A stretch of DNA of 64,000 nt. Source: Yuukianura sp. NJ FZ-2021 (taxonomy: Eukaryota). The stretch lies in assembly GCA_046563655.1 (NCBI GenBank), contig CM102288.1, forward strand, positions 3,038,001 to 3,102,000, read 5' to 3'. The notes below the pieces were generated by a model, which worked only from the letters and a program-made list of their open reading frames with translations, was not told where the DNA came from and searched no databases. Shown piece after piece: positions 13,201 to 25,649 of this stretch. Position 1 is the stretch's first letter, and every line of letters begins with the position of its first letter. A program made the translations under genes and the position numbers.

Positions 13201-14766
13201 TGGAGGAGCCATTGGGGATCTTGTCCCAGGGGTAGAACTTTTACCTGGGGCGGTTGAAGGTTCATCAGCAGCAACAGTAATCCGTTGAAAAAAGTCTGCT
13301 TTGGCTTTGTTTTTGCCTTGACCATCAGCTGGAGGAGGCATTGGGGATCTTGTCCCAGGGGTAGAACTTTTACCTGGGGCGGTTGAAGGTTCATCAGCAA
13401 TAACAGTAATCCTTTGAAAGAAGTCTGCTTTGGCTTTGTTTTTGCCTTGACCATCAGCTGGAGGAGCCATTGGGGATCTTGTCCCAGGGGTAGAACTTTT
13501 ACCTGTGGCGGTTGAAGGTTCATCAGCAGCAACAGTAATCCTTTGAAAGAAGTTTGATTTGTCTTTGTTTTTGCCTTGATTATCAAGTAGACGAGCCATG
13601 GTGGATCTTATTCCAGGCGTGGAACTTCGACCTGTGGCTGTTGAAGGTTCATCTGGAACAGCAGTAATTCGTTGAAAGACGTCTGATTTGGCTTTGTTTT
13701 TGCCTTGACCATCAGTTGGAGGAGCCACAGGGGCAACTGACTGCGGTTTATCATGAATCATCGCCGGTTGATTTTGACCGAAAGCCGGAGGGACTCCATC
13801 GTAAGCGTTTTGGTCATCATGCCCACCCTGTCCACCACCATGAGCATTTATGTCTTCTGGAAGCTTAACCGGCTCGGCCGTTGGTTGAGGAGAACCTGAA
13901 GGAGCATGCTCGGAACCAGCCAATGGTGTCACGGCTTTACCTACAGTCATAAATTAATTTCAATTACACCTTACTGAAATAATAGAATTATATTTTCTTT
14001 AAAAGTTTTTATTCCCTGAAGAAGGACATAGATCATTGTCCGAAAGCTTGGATCTTTTTGAATAAAGATTTAAAAGTTAAAACATCAACTGGCCATATTC
14101 CGATCTAAAATGCAACTTAATAGAATTATATGTTATTGAAATTATACACAGATTATTATATCTTCTTCAAGCGTAGTACTTTTACCTGTGTAAGGGTCAA
14201 ATATGGTAAGGAGTCTCTTTGTCTTAGGGACGGGAGGTTTAACTGCACTCGCACAGGCAGCAGCATTATAAGCATTTATCTGTTGCTGGGCCTGGGCATA
14301 GAGATGCTGTTGCTGTTGAGGAGTAACATATTGTTGGCCCTGTTGATACTGCAGATTGTACAAAGCAGCAGGATAGGCTGCTGGATATCGAATCATTTGC
14401 CCTGGTGGTCCAGCACTTTGAATGATGTACGGCATTTGCTGTGGAAAAATGTAGCCAGAAGCAGCAGCCTGCTGCAAGTTCTGCGCTCTAATGGTCACAT
14501 TGGTTCCAGGAGGCTGATGCTGTGCTGCTTGGTTCTGAGTTGGTTGTTGTTGCTGAGTTTGTTGATGAGTCGGATGTGGATGGCGCTGATGGTTGCCAGC
14601 ACTTTGTCCACCCGGATGTTGATCTTCCTGTAAGTAATAAAAAATCAATGTCAAGTTTTTAGAAATTCAGTGACACAGAGTTAGATTCTTAGATTTAAGT
14701 TAATTATGAATCATGATCAAGCTAAATTACTAAATTTACCTCCATTTGCTGTTTGCTTTTCGTCAT
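10273..14766 (-). CDS. Divergent eIF4G paralogue: PABP-binding-like motif, 6x43-aa repeat, MIF4G and MA3; no eIF4E-binding exon, no W2 domain
   Basis: Twelve exons join in frame without stops: 14766-14740, 14627-14186, 13940-12987, 12916-12780, 12711-12643, 12544-12368, 12291-~12097, ~12024-11691, 11618-~10926, 10850-~10721, 10648-10571, 10503-10273. MIF4G motifs RILNKL, FSAIYAKI, FRKKITDQCRKEF, NVRFIGELFKLQML, DEESVECLCKLLTTVG, RIRFALLEVVELRAGSWVPRR, then an MA3-like helical domain. Confidence 0.88.
12970..13725 (-). repeat. Coding tandem repeat, six copies of a 129-bp (43-aa) unit
   Basis: GT(A/G)GAAC recurs at 12974, 13103, 13232, 13361, 13490, 13619 (exact 129 spacing). Unit encodes PPADGQGKNKAKADFFQRITVAADEPSTATGKSSTPGTRSPMA. 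Confidence 0.97.
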
Positions 14767-15499
14767 CGTCAGTAAGGAATTCAACAAACAAGCATGGGTT
14801 GTGTGCAAACAGTAAAGTTAAATTGAATGTAAAAAATTTTTTTCCGGGTTGCGTTGCGTTAACATCTCCAAATCTGTCCCACACTCTAAGTCTAAACACT
14901 TATTAAAGGTTTTTCAACCTTTTTGTCAACCCAAGTTATAGTAAGCGAAATTCTATTATGTGTCAAACCGAATTGATAAGATGATGAGGATGACTCATCA
15001 TCACTTGATGAGTGAGCACTTCTTTTAGCAAGGCGAAATGCCAAGCAGCTTGGCCCAAGCTTGGTCCTAAAAGCAAAAAGAGTTGTTCAACTTCACTTCA
15101 GCGCATGTCCGTGTTGTGATTCGTTCTTCCGTTTCCATTTTCCTTAAGAAAAATTTCGAATGCCGCCTAAATTATCAGAATCAAAAAAGCTTAGAAATAC
15201 AAATTAAAAATGCATTAAAAATGTATTTAAAAAGAGTTTGGACGCCAGTGTCCTTAGCAACCGTTTGTTTTGCAACACGCTTAGAGCATATGACCTGTCA
15301 ATAACTTCCTTGGCCGAAGAAACACTAAAATCCAGACGGAAACCCAACGCAACAACAACGCCTTGACTTCTGCCTCGGTTTTTTAGTCGTTTCCTATTGC
15401 AATCTATCATCACTAGTAATTACTTTATCATATGTACTTGTCAATCACCTTAACTAATTTCGCAAACAAGTAAATTTTTGTTGATTTACAAGGTCGGAA

Positions 15500-18489
15500 A
15501 TGTCGTGGTCAGAAGGATATCAGAAATCACAACTACGGCGTCCAACGACAGCTACTACGGCCTTGTGTCACCCACATAAGAAACCTGGAACAGGATGCAG
15601 AAGGGACGATGCTGGTCAAGCACATCGTATGATGCTGGCCAACGGAACACGGTCAAGGCCGATGTCTAGTTCACCATATTCGATTCCTCCAGTTTCTTAC
15701 AGCCATTCAAGTCCTCCATCCAAGTTGGACCTGAAGAAGGAATACGTTAGGTTTTGTCGCCTTTATGGCAGTGAACCACTGGACATTGTCTCTGAACCAC
15801 TGGACAAGGCTACTCAATGTCAAGGGACCAGGGGGTCACTGGTTGTGGATCTCAAGGGTCGGGGCCTTCGTGGAATCGATTGCATCGCACTCGGGAAAAT
15901 CCTGGCGCTGGATCCTCCTATCACGCATCTCAACCTCAGTGACTGTCTATTACTTCCGCAGGGTTTCCAGGTATGATGTAACGCTAAAATTTCAAAAGTT
16001 CAACAATGTTTTCAAAACACAAACTAATTTTCAAATTTTTGAATTTTGCAGGCACTGATTGATGGTCTGTGCAAAAATGTACCGCTGCGGACGCTAGAGC
16101 TTCGTGGAAATAACATCCAAGGGGCCATGACTTCCTGCCTGGGAAAACTTCTCAAGTCGAACACTCCTCTCCGAAGGTTCGGAACTTCAAAAATCTGAAT
16201 TTCGAAAACAAAATTTCAAAAATACTGAAATTTTTTAAATTTGGACTGTTTTTCTAAATCCAATTTTTCTCACTTTTAGTCTTCTGCTAGAATGGAACTG
16301 CCTCGGCCTGTCTCCAGAGCCCTTCCTGCTTTTCTGCGAAGGGCTAGCAGTGAACCAAGGGCTGGAAGTCCTTGACCTGCGCAACAACCAACTCTCAGCA
16401 GAATCTGCCATTCAACTGGCCAATGCTCTCCGTAAAAACAAAACCCTGAGAGACTGTGACCTCCGGTGGAACTCCATTGGGATTTCTGGAGCCAAGGCCC
16501 TTTGGGAAGCCCTTCGCTTCAACTTTTCCTTGGTCAAACTCCCTCTCGGTGGAAATTACATTCCAGACGAAGTACTCCAGTGTATTGAACACTGTTTGCA
16601 GCAACAAAGTGAACGAGAAGCCATGATGGAAGAATACTCACGTCGAACTACTCTTCTTACGCGCCAATTACAAAGGACTGAAAAAGATCATGTTCAAGAA
16701 ATCAATACAATCGTGTCTGTGTTTGACGCCGAAGAAGAAGAATACAAAAAAGAATTACTGTAAAATCATTTTTTCTAAAGATCATCGGAGTCTTTTCATT
16801 TTCAACATTTTAAAAATCTCTGTTCCAGAGAAAGCCACCAGCAGATTCAAAAATTAACCAATCAGCTTCGCGCTGAAACGCTGCGATCGCATTCATTCGC
16901 CCTTCAGCTCGAAAAGTTACAAGCGTCTGTTCAGTGCCTTACTGAAAAAGAAGAAACGCTTCAAAAGGCGCTTGAACTCAAAGAACAACATTCGGAATCG
17001 CTGCAGGTTTCTTGAAATTTCAAAATTCGTTTCAGAAAATTCAAAATTTCAGACTTTGTTCCTTTAGGCGCTGATGCAAGAAGACGTTAAAAAGTACAAA
17101 GCAACTTACGAAACTAAACTGAAAGTGACGCTGGAAGAGCTGCAAGAAAAATGTAAACAAATCGAATCGCTGCGTGAGAAATCCAAGAAATTAGAATCCG
17201 AATTGGAACAGAAAAATCTATCAGCGTCAGACGTTGAAAAAGAACTGGCAAAAGCTCTATACTCACTAGAACAAGATAAGGCCATGTACGAAGGTAAGGT
17301 CAAGGTCACTTTGATTAATCGATTAATGTTAAGTTGACCTTTGACCTCTGACTTTTTAACTTTCAGATCGTCTCACCCAAGAAAAGGAAAAATGGGCCCA
17401 ATGGAAACAAGAAGTAGAGTCAAGTGAACGCCGTGAAATTCGGAATTTGGAAAACGAAATTCAGTCTATTCAGCAAACAATGATGAACCACATCAAGACT
17501 GTTGAAAAAGCAAAAGCAGACGCTGAAGAAGAAATTCGAAACTTGAAAATTTCATTTGTAACGCTCAAAACTGAAGCAGAACAAGAACAGAATCAACTAC
17601 GGCTCAAATTGAAATCGGAATTGGAGTCTACCGAAAAAAGTCACTCCGCACAAGTCAATTTGCTCAGAGAACAAATTCAGACACTGGAAAACGAATGCGA
17701 AATTTCAAAAAGTCAAAATAGAAAACTGGAAAGTGAAAATTCTTCACTTCAGAGACAAACTGAAAACCTACGTCAACAGTTGACACACCTTGATACGGTA
17801 CTACTCAAAATTGCAAAATTCCAATATCTGACTGCTTCAATTAATCGATTAATTGCTTGTTTTAGGAACTGAATGAAAAGGATTCAACGATTAATCAGTG
17901 TTTGGCAAGAGCTAGAGCCGAAGTACGTGAACAGTTGGAACAACTGGCTAAAGAAGAATCGACCAATAAACAACTACGCTCTCAAAATTTGGACTTACAA
18001 GAACAAGTAATTACGTGCATTTAAAAAAAATCAATTTCGAAAATTCAAATTTTCAAAAATTGTTATCAAATTTTCTAAGGTGGCGGTACTAACAGTGAAG
18101 CAGAGCAGAGCTACACAGGAAAAGAACGCAGAAGTTGAGCACTGGAAAGCTCAAGTTGAAAGACAAGAAGAGGAGCTTAATCGAATCAAGTGCGAGAGAT
18201 TCAGTGACTTAAAACAAAATCGAAAATTTTCATTTTCGAATTATGAAAATTGAGACTATGAATTTTGAAATCCTATTTTAGGGAAGAAGACATGCGCAGA
18301 GCCGGATTACTCCATGAAGCGTTTTTGGCTTACATGCGTTCCACTGCGGCGGCGACAGGACTACCACTGCCCTACTCTTACTATCCAATGTTGAATCCTG
18401 ACCGAGATCCGAAGGCTGCAAGCACATCAGCCGGTGGCGACGCTCCAGTTGGAGATCCTGCCACAAATCATCCTGAACCAAGTCAGTAA
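15500..18489 (+). CDS. LRRC45: Leucine-rich repeat-containing protein 45-like (LRR plus long coiled coil)
   Basis: Multi-exon. RI-like LRRs (LNLSDCLL, LELRGNNI, LLLEWNCLG, LDLRNNQLS, DLRWNSIG, LGGNYIP) in the order known from LRRC45, followed by about 350 aa of coiled coil. Confidence 0.88.
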
Positions 18490-18569
18490 ACTGACAAATC
18501 ATTTTTTCCTAGAACAGAAACAACAATACTAATTAAAAAACCAAAAACAGAAATCTAGACGAATGTACA

Positions 18570-18629
18570 GATGCTGCCGGACAAAATGCTGTCGAGCAGC
18601 ATCCACAGAAAAGTTTGTCCGGCAGCATC
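18570..18629. repeat. Perfect 16-bp inverted repeat with nested inner stem
   Basis: GATGCTGCCGGACAAA (18570-18585) pairs with TTTGTCCGGCAGCATC (18614-18629); inner ATGCTG/CAGCAT. Confidence 0.9.
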
Positions 18630-18919
18630 GACATCCGACAAGTAGTATAACTTCATTTGACGTTTCGAATTTCGGTGTCTTTATAATTAAAAATACCCTT
18701 GAGTTTCAAATTCATCACAATCAAACATCAATAAAAGCGAACCATAACTGCATCCGAATTTTGAATTTCTGTGCGCGGGTATTTTCAATTTCTTTAAAAA
18801 ATTCAAATCAGCACCAACCAACAGTCCGCTTCAACAGTATTGGAGAATGGTGGCAGTAGTTTCAGTTTCCTTATGGCACTTTGCACTTTCTGCCTTGAAA
18901 ATGCTGGCAGCACTTTCAC

Positions 18920-21900
18920 TTACACTGTTTCCACCACTCCTTTTTTCCTCCTTGTTCCACCAGAGTTCAAGGTAGGAGCACTAGAAGAATTCAGAGTTAC
19001 AAATGAAGTTTCTGATTGTGGAGTGGACACTGGGGGTACATGAGAACTTGACTGACTTTGGTTTCCAATGGACTCCATACTGGCATCTCTACTTCCTCCA
19101 GAAGATCGACTTCCTTCTAGTAAGTCTAAACTTAGGCGATTCGGACTCGCTGAACTTCCAGCACCCATGCGAGTTCCGTCAGTCGCTGATCTCGTTGAAG
19201 TCAAATGCCGTCCGCGTGGGTTTCCGATGGTTCCTAACGGAATTTCCTCTTCCTGAATTGAGCCGGATCGGGACACTATGGACGGTGAACCATCTCTTGA
19301 CCTCCTTCGTCCCAAATCTGACAAGTTAAATTTTTAGACCCAATTATGAAAAAAATATCAAGTAATTTGTAATTTTACGTGGTGGTTGATGTGTGCTGAG
19401 GCTTGTGTCAGTCTTAACTGCGATTGCTACTCCTGGTAACGTTCTACTAATGGGCGTATAGGTTGGACGGTCCGAACGATTGACAACTCTGCCTGTAGAA
19501 ACGTCCAAATTCAAAAAAAATTGAGTAAAACTAGCATTAACTGAAACTAACTGATAACAAATTTCTTACGATTTGGCCTTCTCATGTTCAACGGTGGCGA
19601 AGGGGTGGATCCTGTGAGGTCAAGCAGTTTCGCAATTAAGTGGAGCTTTCCTTGTCGCGCTTTGTGCTTCCCCTTCACTAGCCTGGAAAACAAACACGCC
19701 GTATAGTAAAAACAACTTTCACCTTCAAATCTGGTGCCAACTTATTGCAAGTTTCGTTCATATCCATAGTTACCTAGAAGCTACCAAAACCAACCTCTGT
19801 TTTGCTGCCATGCACCGGATGTTGTCATCAAATAAGAACTTGGCAACCAGCAGTGGGCCTTTAGCTTGTGACCCGCGTTGACTCGTTGGAGAAGTTTTGA
19901 CTGTGATATGTAAACATCGCGAATCGTCTTTATCCCCCAGTACTTCGATATCCTTTAAAAGTAAAAAAAATATAATCATAAGCATCAGTTCAAATTAAAG
20001 GTGTCAATTAGAACAAAAGTGCTCTCGCTGTAAATAATGGCACAAACCTGAAGAAACCCCACAAACTTGACAATTCCCCAACCAATTTGTTTGGCACAAG
20101 GATCCACCAGTAAGAGTTGAAAGACATCCAAGACTAGAAACCTTCTTATTCTCGTACTGTCGGTAATCACAACGCACGAAAGCATATCACTATTGGCTAA
20201 TTCAAAAAAATCGGCATTTCAACTTATAATACTGTCAAGTTATGGCATGAATAATGTATATGGTGTGAACTTACTAAGATCCAAATGGTCATCTATGTGG
20301 ACACAATTCTGGGGATTCGTTAGTGGCAAAAACTTTTCAACTTCGTTGCGAAGTGTCAGAGACAGTTTTCTCAGGATGAAGTAAACACGAATTGAGCGTC
20401 GACTCCGCTCCACCTGAACAAAAAAAAATTCAATATCCCACCGCTTTTTACGTGAAAATTTCACAGGTTGGGTTGTAGTTGTAGTAACACAGTAACCTCT
20501 CCACATGGCAGTCGCTTGTCAAATGCAATGCCTGTGAGGGGTGATCCGACCGGCGGAAGAAGTAGGTTGGAGTCCATCATCAAGTGCTCTATGCTCAAAG
20601 TTTTACTGCCAGACATTTCCAGATACTCGTCTTCAAATACTTCTAGAAACAGTTCATCCAACTTGTAGTAATTTTGAAGTAGAAGAATGTTCTCCTCTCT
20701 TGCTCCCTCAATCAAAGCTAAATGCCCATCTTCCAGTGCACTTGTAGTTCCATCCGGCATCACAAGTCTAAGCAGTAGTGAACTCAGCAGTTGTAGAGTG
20801 ATAACCCGAACTTTGCTCTCTAAGTACAAAAATTCAGCAAAAATAACACACGAGTTGCCTTATTCTAATGTTAGCTTAGCCATTCTTTGAATCAGCTGAC
20901 CATATTTTACGGAGAGACAAATGATAGCGACGAGTCGATCTACTAAATGGACATTGTACGGCGGCCTCTTCACCTCTTCCGATCCATCTCCAGAATCACC
21001 ATAGAAGAATGCGTTGATCAGTTCCGCATCAATTCCTAAACACAAAAAATCAGACGAATTTCAGGAACTCAACTAAAACAATGTGATTCGTCAAACGTTT
21101 CCTGCCAAACTAATAACATTAACAAAAATTTAGCAACTACAACGTACCGTCTGAGCCGGAAATGCCAGCACAAGAAAATTACAAACAGAAATTCAACTTA
21201 AGGACTACTAGAATCACTTTTTTTAGTAACTGTGGCTTACCTGCATTATCATGCATTGCATGAAGGAAACAAAGTGCAAAGAGCGCTGCATAGTCGTTCT
21301 CCGAAGCATCCAAAGAGTTCAGAATCGCTGCCAAAATGAGTCTCTCTGACAAATCTGTCACGTCTGGATTCTTTTGATAGTATAGCAATTCTAGAAGTTT
21401 CAGTTTTTCTTGAGTCGTTTCCGAGGAAGATGAAGATATTCTGTCCTCATCTATTCCATTTGTATCTTCAGCTCCAGGAAGTTGGGGAGAATACTCAAGG
21501 TCATTGGATATTGACGACTGAGTTGAAGTAGTTGAACAGGAGAGGCGTAGTTTCGGTGGACTCACTTCAGCCTTAAATTCAAATACACTTTCGTTTCCAT
21601 TGATCAAGATGTTGGCGAGGAGTCGAACCAGAGGGCCATGGGTCATTATTAGAAAAACTTGAGACAGAAGAAACAAAGCCAAAATACTGCTCACTTTCGA
21701 TGAATTTACGCCAGCCTATAAAAAAAATTACGAACATGGGATCAATGCAATGAATATTAACAGATTCGTCATAGATGAACTATGTTTTTTGTTGTTGTTG
21801 TATGAGTTGCCATGTGCTGCTTACTTCCGATGTGCTGTTTCCGCTCTTGTCTAAGGATGCAACGTATAGTGGTATAAATAGACGATGAAGAAGGTGTTCC

Positions 21901-23199
21901 GTAAGAACTTGGTTCAGAGAATCGATTTTTAGACACAAAATATCGTTTAGATAGTGGAGGTGATCTAGATGCTGACAGACTAAATCAGCCAGTTTGATCC
22001 TTGCTTGTTGTCTATGACAAGAAAGAAATCGTTGAAAACTAATAGTAAATAAAATCACGTTAATTATATTGAAAGTTATTGTAAAACTTACTCAGCGTTA
22101 TCCCGGATTGCAGCATCCAGTTCGTAGACGTGATTACCAATAAACCAGACTAGATTTGAAAAGTATGGAGCTGCTGTTTTGTCTCGGATAAACTTGAGCA
22201 TTGACTTATCATGAACTTTGTAGACGTTTAGTGTGAGAGTCCGCACTGCAATCCTCACCATACTTTCGCTGTTGTTAAAAAACTTGATCGCTTCAGTATA
22301 GAGTGGAAAGTCATGCGTATGCTAAACAAAAAAAAATGTTTTAGTCAAGGATTGACGCTGTCACTGCAGGAGCAGGAGATGAAGAACTGACTTACCTCAT
22401 TATAGAAAAAATGGATAGTATGAGAGTTGAGTTTAAGTGACAAAGTTTTAAGGAATGAAATGTAGTAGGCCATGACCTAAATTGCAAATTATTAGTGAAA
22501 ACCCACGATACTGCTAATGTTGGAATTGATTAGAGGAAAGGGTTCTTACCTCTTCGTCAGAAAAGTCAAACTTATGAACTATGATAGAGTTAACGTGGTT
22601 GTTGGAGAGAAGGTAATCTGAAACGATTAGAATCAGACCAAAGTTTTAGAAAATTTTGAAAAGTTGGTTTCCATTCCCATTATGACTAGACATGATCTTA
22701 CAAAGCGACGTTTCATTCCGAATGTTTTCAAACAGGATGTTCAGCGTCTGAAGGAGTTGGACACAGACGTAGCTGCCACACTTCTGCTTCATAATTTTCA
22801 GAAAGAACGACAACATGTTCTTCTCCAGAAAAAAACTGAAAAAAAAAAACAAATGAAGGAACGTAGCAAAAACGTTTGCAAACCAATCAATTAAAACCGT
22901 TATTACTCAAAAACTGTTGAATCATTCTGATCCCCCCATATGAGAATTTCTGCTATTGAGCGCAGTGTCTCCACCAATAAGCCACGATTGTTCTCGTTCA
23001 CTGTTTGATTCTTGGACAAGACGTTGTACAGGTATCTAAATCAAAAGTAATTGAATTAGAAACAAGAATTCAGTGCTTACTTAATCAGATTAAGTTAATC
23101 TTAAATGATAAGAATTCCTTACTTCAGATGTTCCAGAGAATGCGGATTTTTGGGTTTCCATAACCCACCACTCCCAAACCAACTGCGACTTCGAAACAT
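18920..23199 (-). CDS. CLEC16A: Protein CLEC16A homologue (ema / gop-1 family, FPL domain)
   Basis: Starts MFRSRSWFGSGGLWKPKNPHSLEHLK; contains LVETLRSIAEILIWGDQND, FFLEKNML, QLLQTLNILFENIRNETSL, IEDDSRCLHIT-like and FLFDDNIRCMAAKQRL segments; ends ...VVETV*. Confidence 0.95.
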
Positions 23200-24142
23200 A
23201 CTGAAAAAGTAAAATCTGGACCAACTAAACTATATAGGTCAACTCCAAGTACTCTGTCAAGGTCAAGGACGAATTGCGAATTGCAAAAACGTAAATTCTA
23301 AGTCACTCAAACAATTTCTCAATAAAGGTGTACTACACAAATGAAGTAGGAGTGTAAACATGCGTATATCGTGCCTTCTATTTTACCGTCTTGTAATTGT
23401 ACTTCCATAACTTGAATTATCAATTAATTGATTACACAAAGAAAATAACAAATTGTTTCCTTCTTTTTACAACCCATTAACCTTGTTCCAGTAAATTCAC
23501 AAAAGACAAACAAATGAATTTGAAAATTAAGTTTACATAAACTCTGGTTGTACTAGTCGTTACCAACCCACACTACGCACCCATTCATTACAGCTGGGCA
23601 AAGGTAACACAATTAATTACACCAATATTTAACGAAACTCTGATTAATTGTGAATTTATGCTGTTAATTCCCAATAAACTTGTGATTCATCAATTTAGTT
23701 TTAATACTAAACATCAAGAAATGGTGAAGATTAAACTTCTACTTGCAAAATATGGTTTGAGAATACATTTTTCAATTTGAGAGTTAAAATGCTCTGAGCA
23801 ACAGTATAGGGAGAAATTGAGTTGTAGATTCTAATTTAGTTAAATTAAATACTGGAAAGTACTGGTGACAGACAACACAAAATGGTTATACAGAAAGACA
23901 CAGTTGTGGGTGAAGTTGTGACAATGTTATGGTAGGGTACTCTCACGACAATAAATAACATTTACACATTAAATTACTGATGGTAAGTTAGGATACTGAT
24001 GGCATTGGGTTTGACTGATTTGTCTTTGGGGTAACTGAACATTTAACGTAATTTAAACCTAGCTTAAACTCAGATCGGTGGGTGGAATGAGTTTTTTTTC
24101 TTCTAATAAGTGATGAGTGATGACCTTCCAGAGGCTGATTGA

Positions 24143-25649
24143 TTAGTCCTCCAGTGTCACATTTTGAAAGAGGAAGGACATGCTCTCTCGAAACTGTGTC
24201 CCTGGAACAGCACAAAACATTAGGAGTTAGTATAAGTGATAGCAATCAATGAATCTAGTCAGTGAAATTTACTTCGAATGGACTCGCTAATCAGTGGGCT
24301 GATGTCCACTGTCTTGATTTTATGACACTGTAACTTTTGTAGATCATGCGGCACTGAGTTTGTCACCACAATCTGGAACAGAACGATTAACGAACGATTA
24401 GACTTGTGTTTCTGAGAAATCGTGGTGGAAAATATGGATAACGTACCTCATCAATTGGCGATGCTTCCAAGAGTCGTGGAGCATCTGAAGAGAGCAGTCC
24501 ATGAGTAGCCAAAACATAAATTTTACAAGCTCCACGTTCTTTCAGAACTTCAGCGGCAGCTACAAATGAAGTTGCGTCGTCAATCATATCCTCCTACAAT
24601 CCAAAAGTTGACAGCAGTTAATTACCTAATTCAATTATTTAAGGTAACAAAGCTATTGGTTCATAACGGACTTACAACCATGATGGCTACACGCCCTCCG
24701 ACATCACCGACGACATTGAGAGATGGTCTTTCTTTAGCAACTGGAGTGCTGGGAATGCCGATCCCGCTTCCAACGTCCAATGTTCCAGTTCGCGGAACAT
24801 TCGGTGGTGACGATCGGCCATCGACTTGGTCAACTTCACATTCCTTTAATTCACCCAGAATAACAGCAATTCCAACTCGTAACCTCTCTGCATACGAAGT
24901 TGCCTTTTTAGCTGAAGAAGGATTTCTGGCTACGATCACCGAGTTCTTGTAATCCGGAATCTGAGAGAGCGATAAGGAGGGTTAACGGCAAATTCGATGT
25001 ATTTTGAGATCAATTACTTACATTGTTCTGAATATACTCCAATAAAAATGGAGATGCTCGTAGATTATCTAGTCTACAGTCAAAAAAGCCCTGAATTTCC
25101 TTTTGATGCAAATCCACGGTAATGATATGACGAAATCCCGCTTTGACGAGCAATTTTGCCAGTAGCTTCGTCACGATGCAGCCGCGTTTTCGCATTCTGC
25201 CTGTAATGTTGAACATAATTTTAGTCTCACAAAGCAGATGTCAAGAAAACATAGTTGTCCTTACATTGCTTTGAATATGGTAGGTAAGGTATCACACCGA
25301 CAATGTTCTTAGCTGAAGAAGTTCGACAAGCATAAGCCAAGACCAGCATTTCCATGATGGAGTTGTTGACATTGAATTGAGAGTCTGATCCTGTTTGAAT
25401 GATATAAACGTCCTTGGCCCTTACAGAGTCTCCAATTACCACTTGCGTTTCTGAATTGGACTTGTTAGTAACGTCACAGTTTCCAAGCCGCACTCCCAGC
25501 CGTCTAAGGTCAAAAAAGTTCATACTTTTGTTAATAAGTTAATTAAGTAATACTCAATTGAAAGTAACGATTGTCCCTTACCCTGCCACAAGATTTGCCA
25601 GTTCCGGATGAGAGTTACCGGTGAGGACAATGAATTCTGAAGAATCCAT
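24143..25649 (-). CDS. PRPSAP2: Phosphoribosyl pyrophosphate synthase-associated protein (non-catalytic PRPS family)
   Basis: [44 protein letters not shown], the VDGRSSPP insertion typical of [18 protein letters not shown]-terminus [14 protein letters not shown]. Confidence 0.93.

Noticed and set aside
12939..13586. 215-aa alternative-frame ORF over the repeat
   Set aside because: A stop-free repeat unit of length divisible by three stays open in a second frame automatically; the eIF4G-homologous frame explains the sequence.
12970..13725. 129-bp periodic array as a CRISPR-like locus
   Set aside because: Units are contiguous near-identical coding repeats with no unique spacers, inside a spliced eukaryotic gene; no cas genes.
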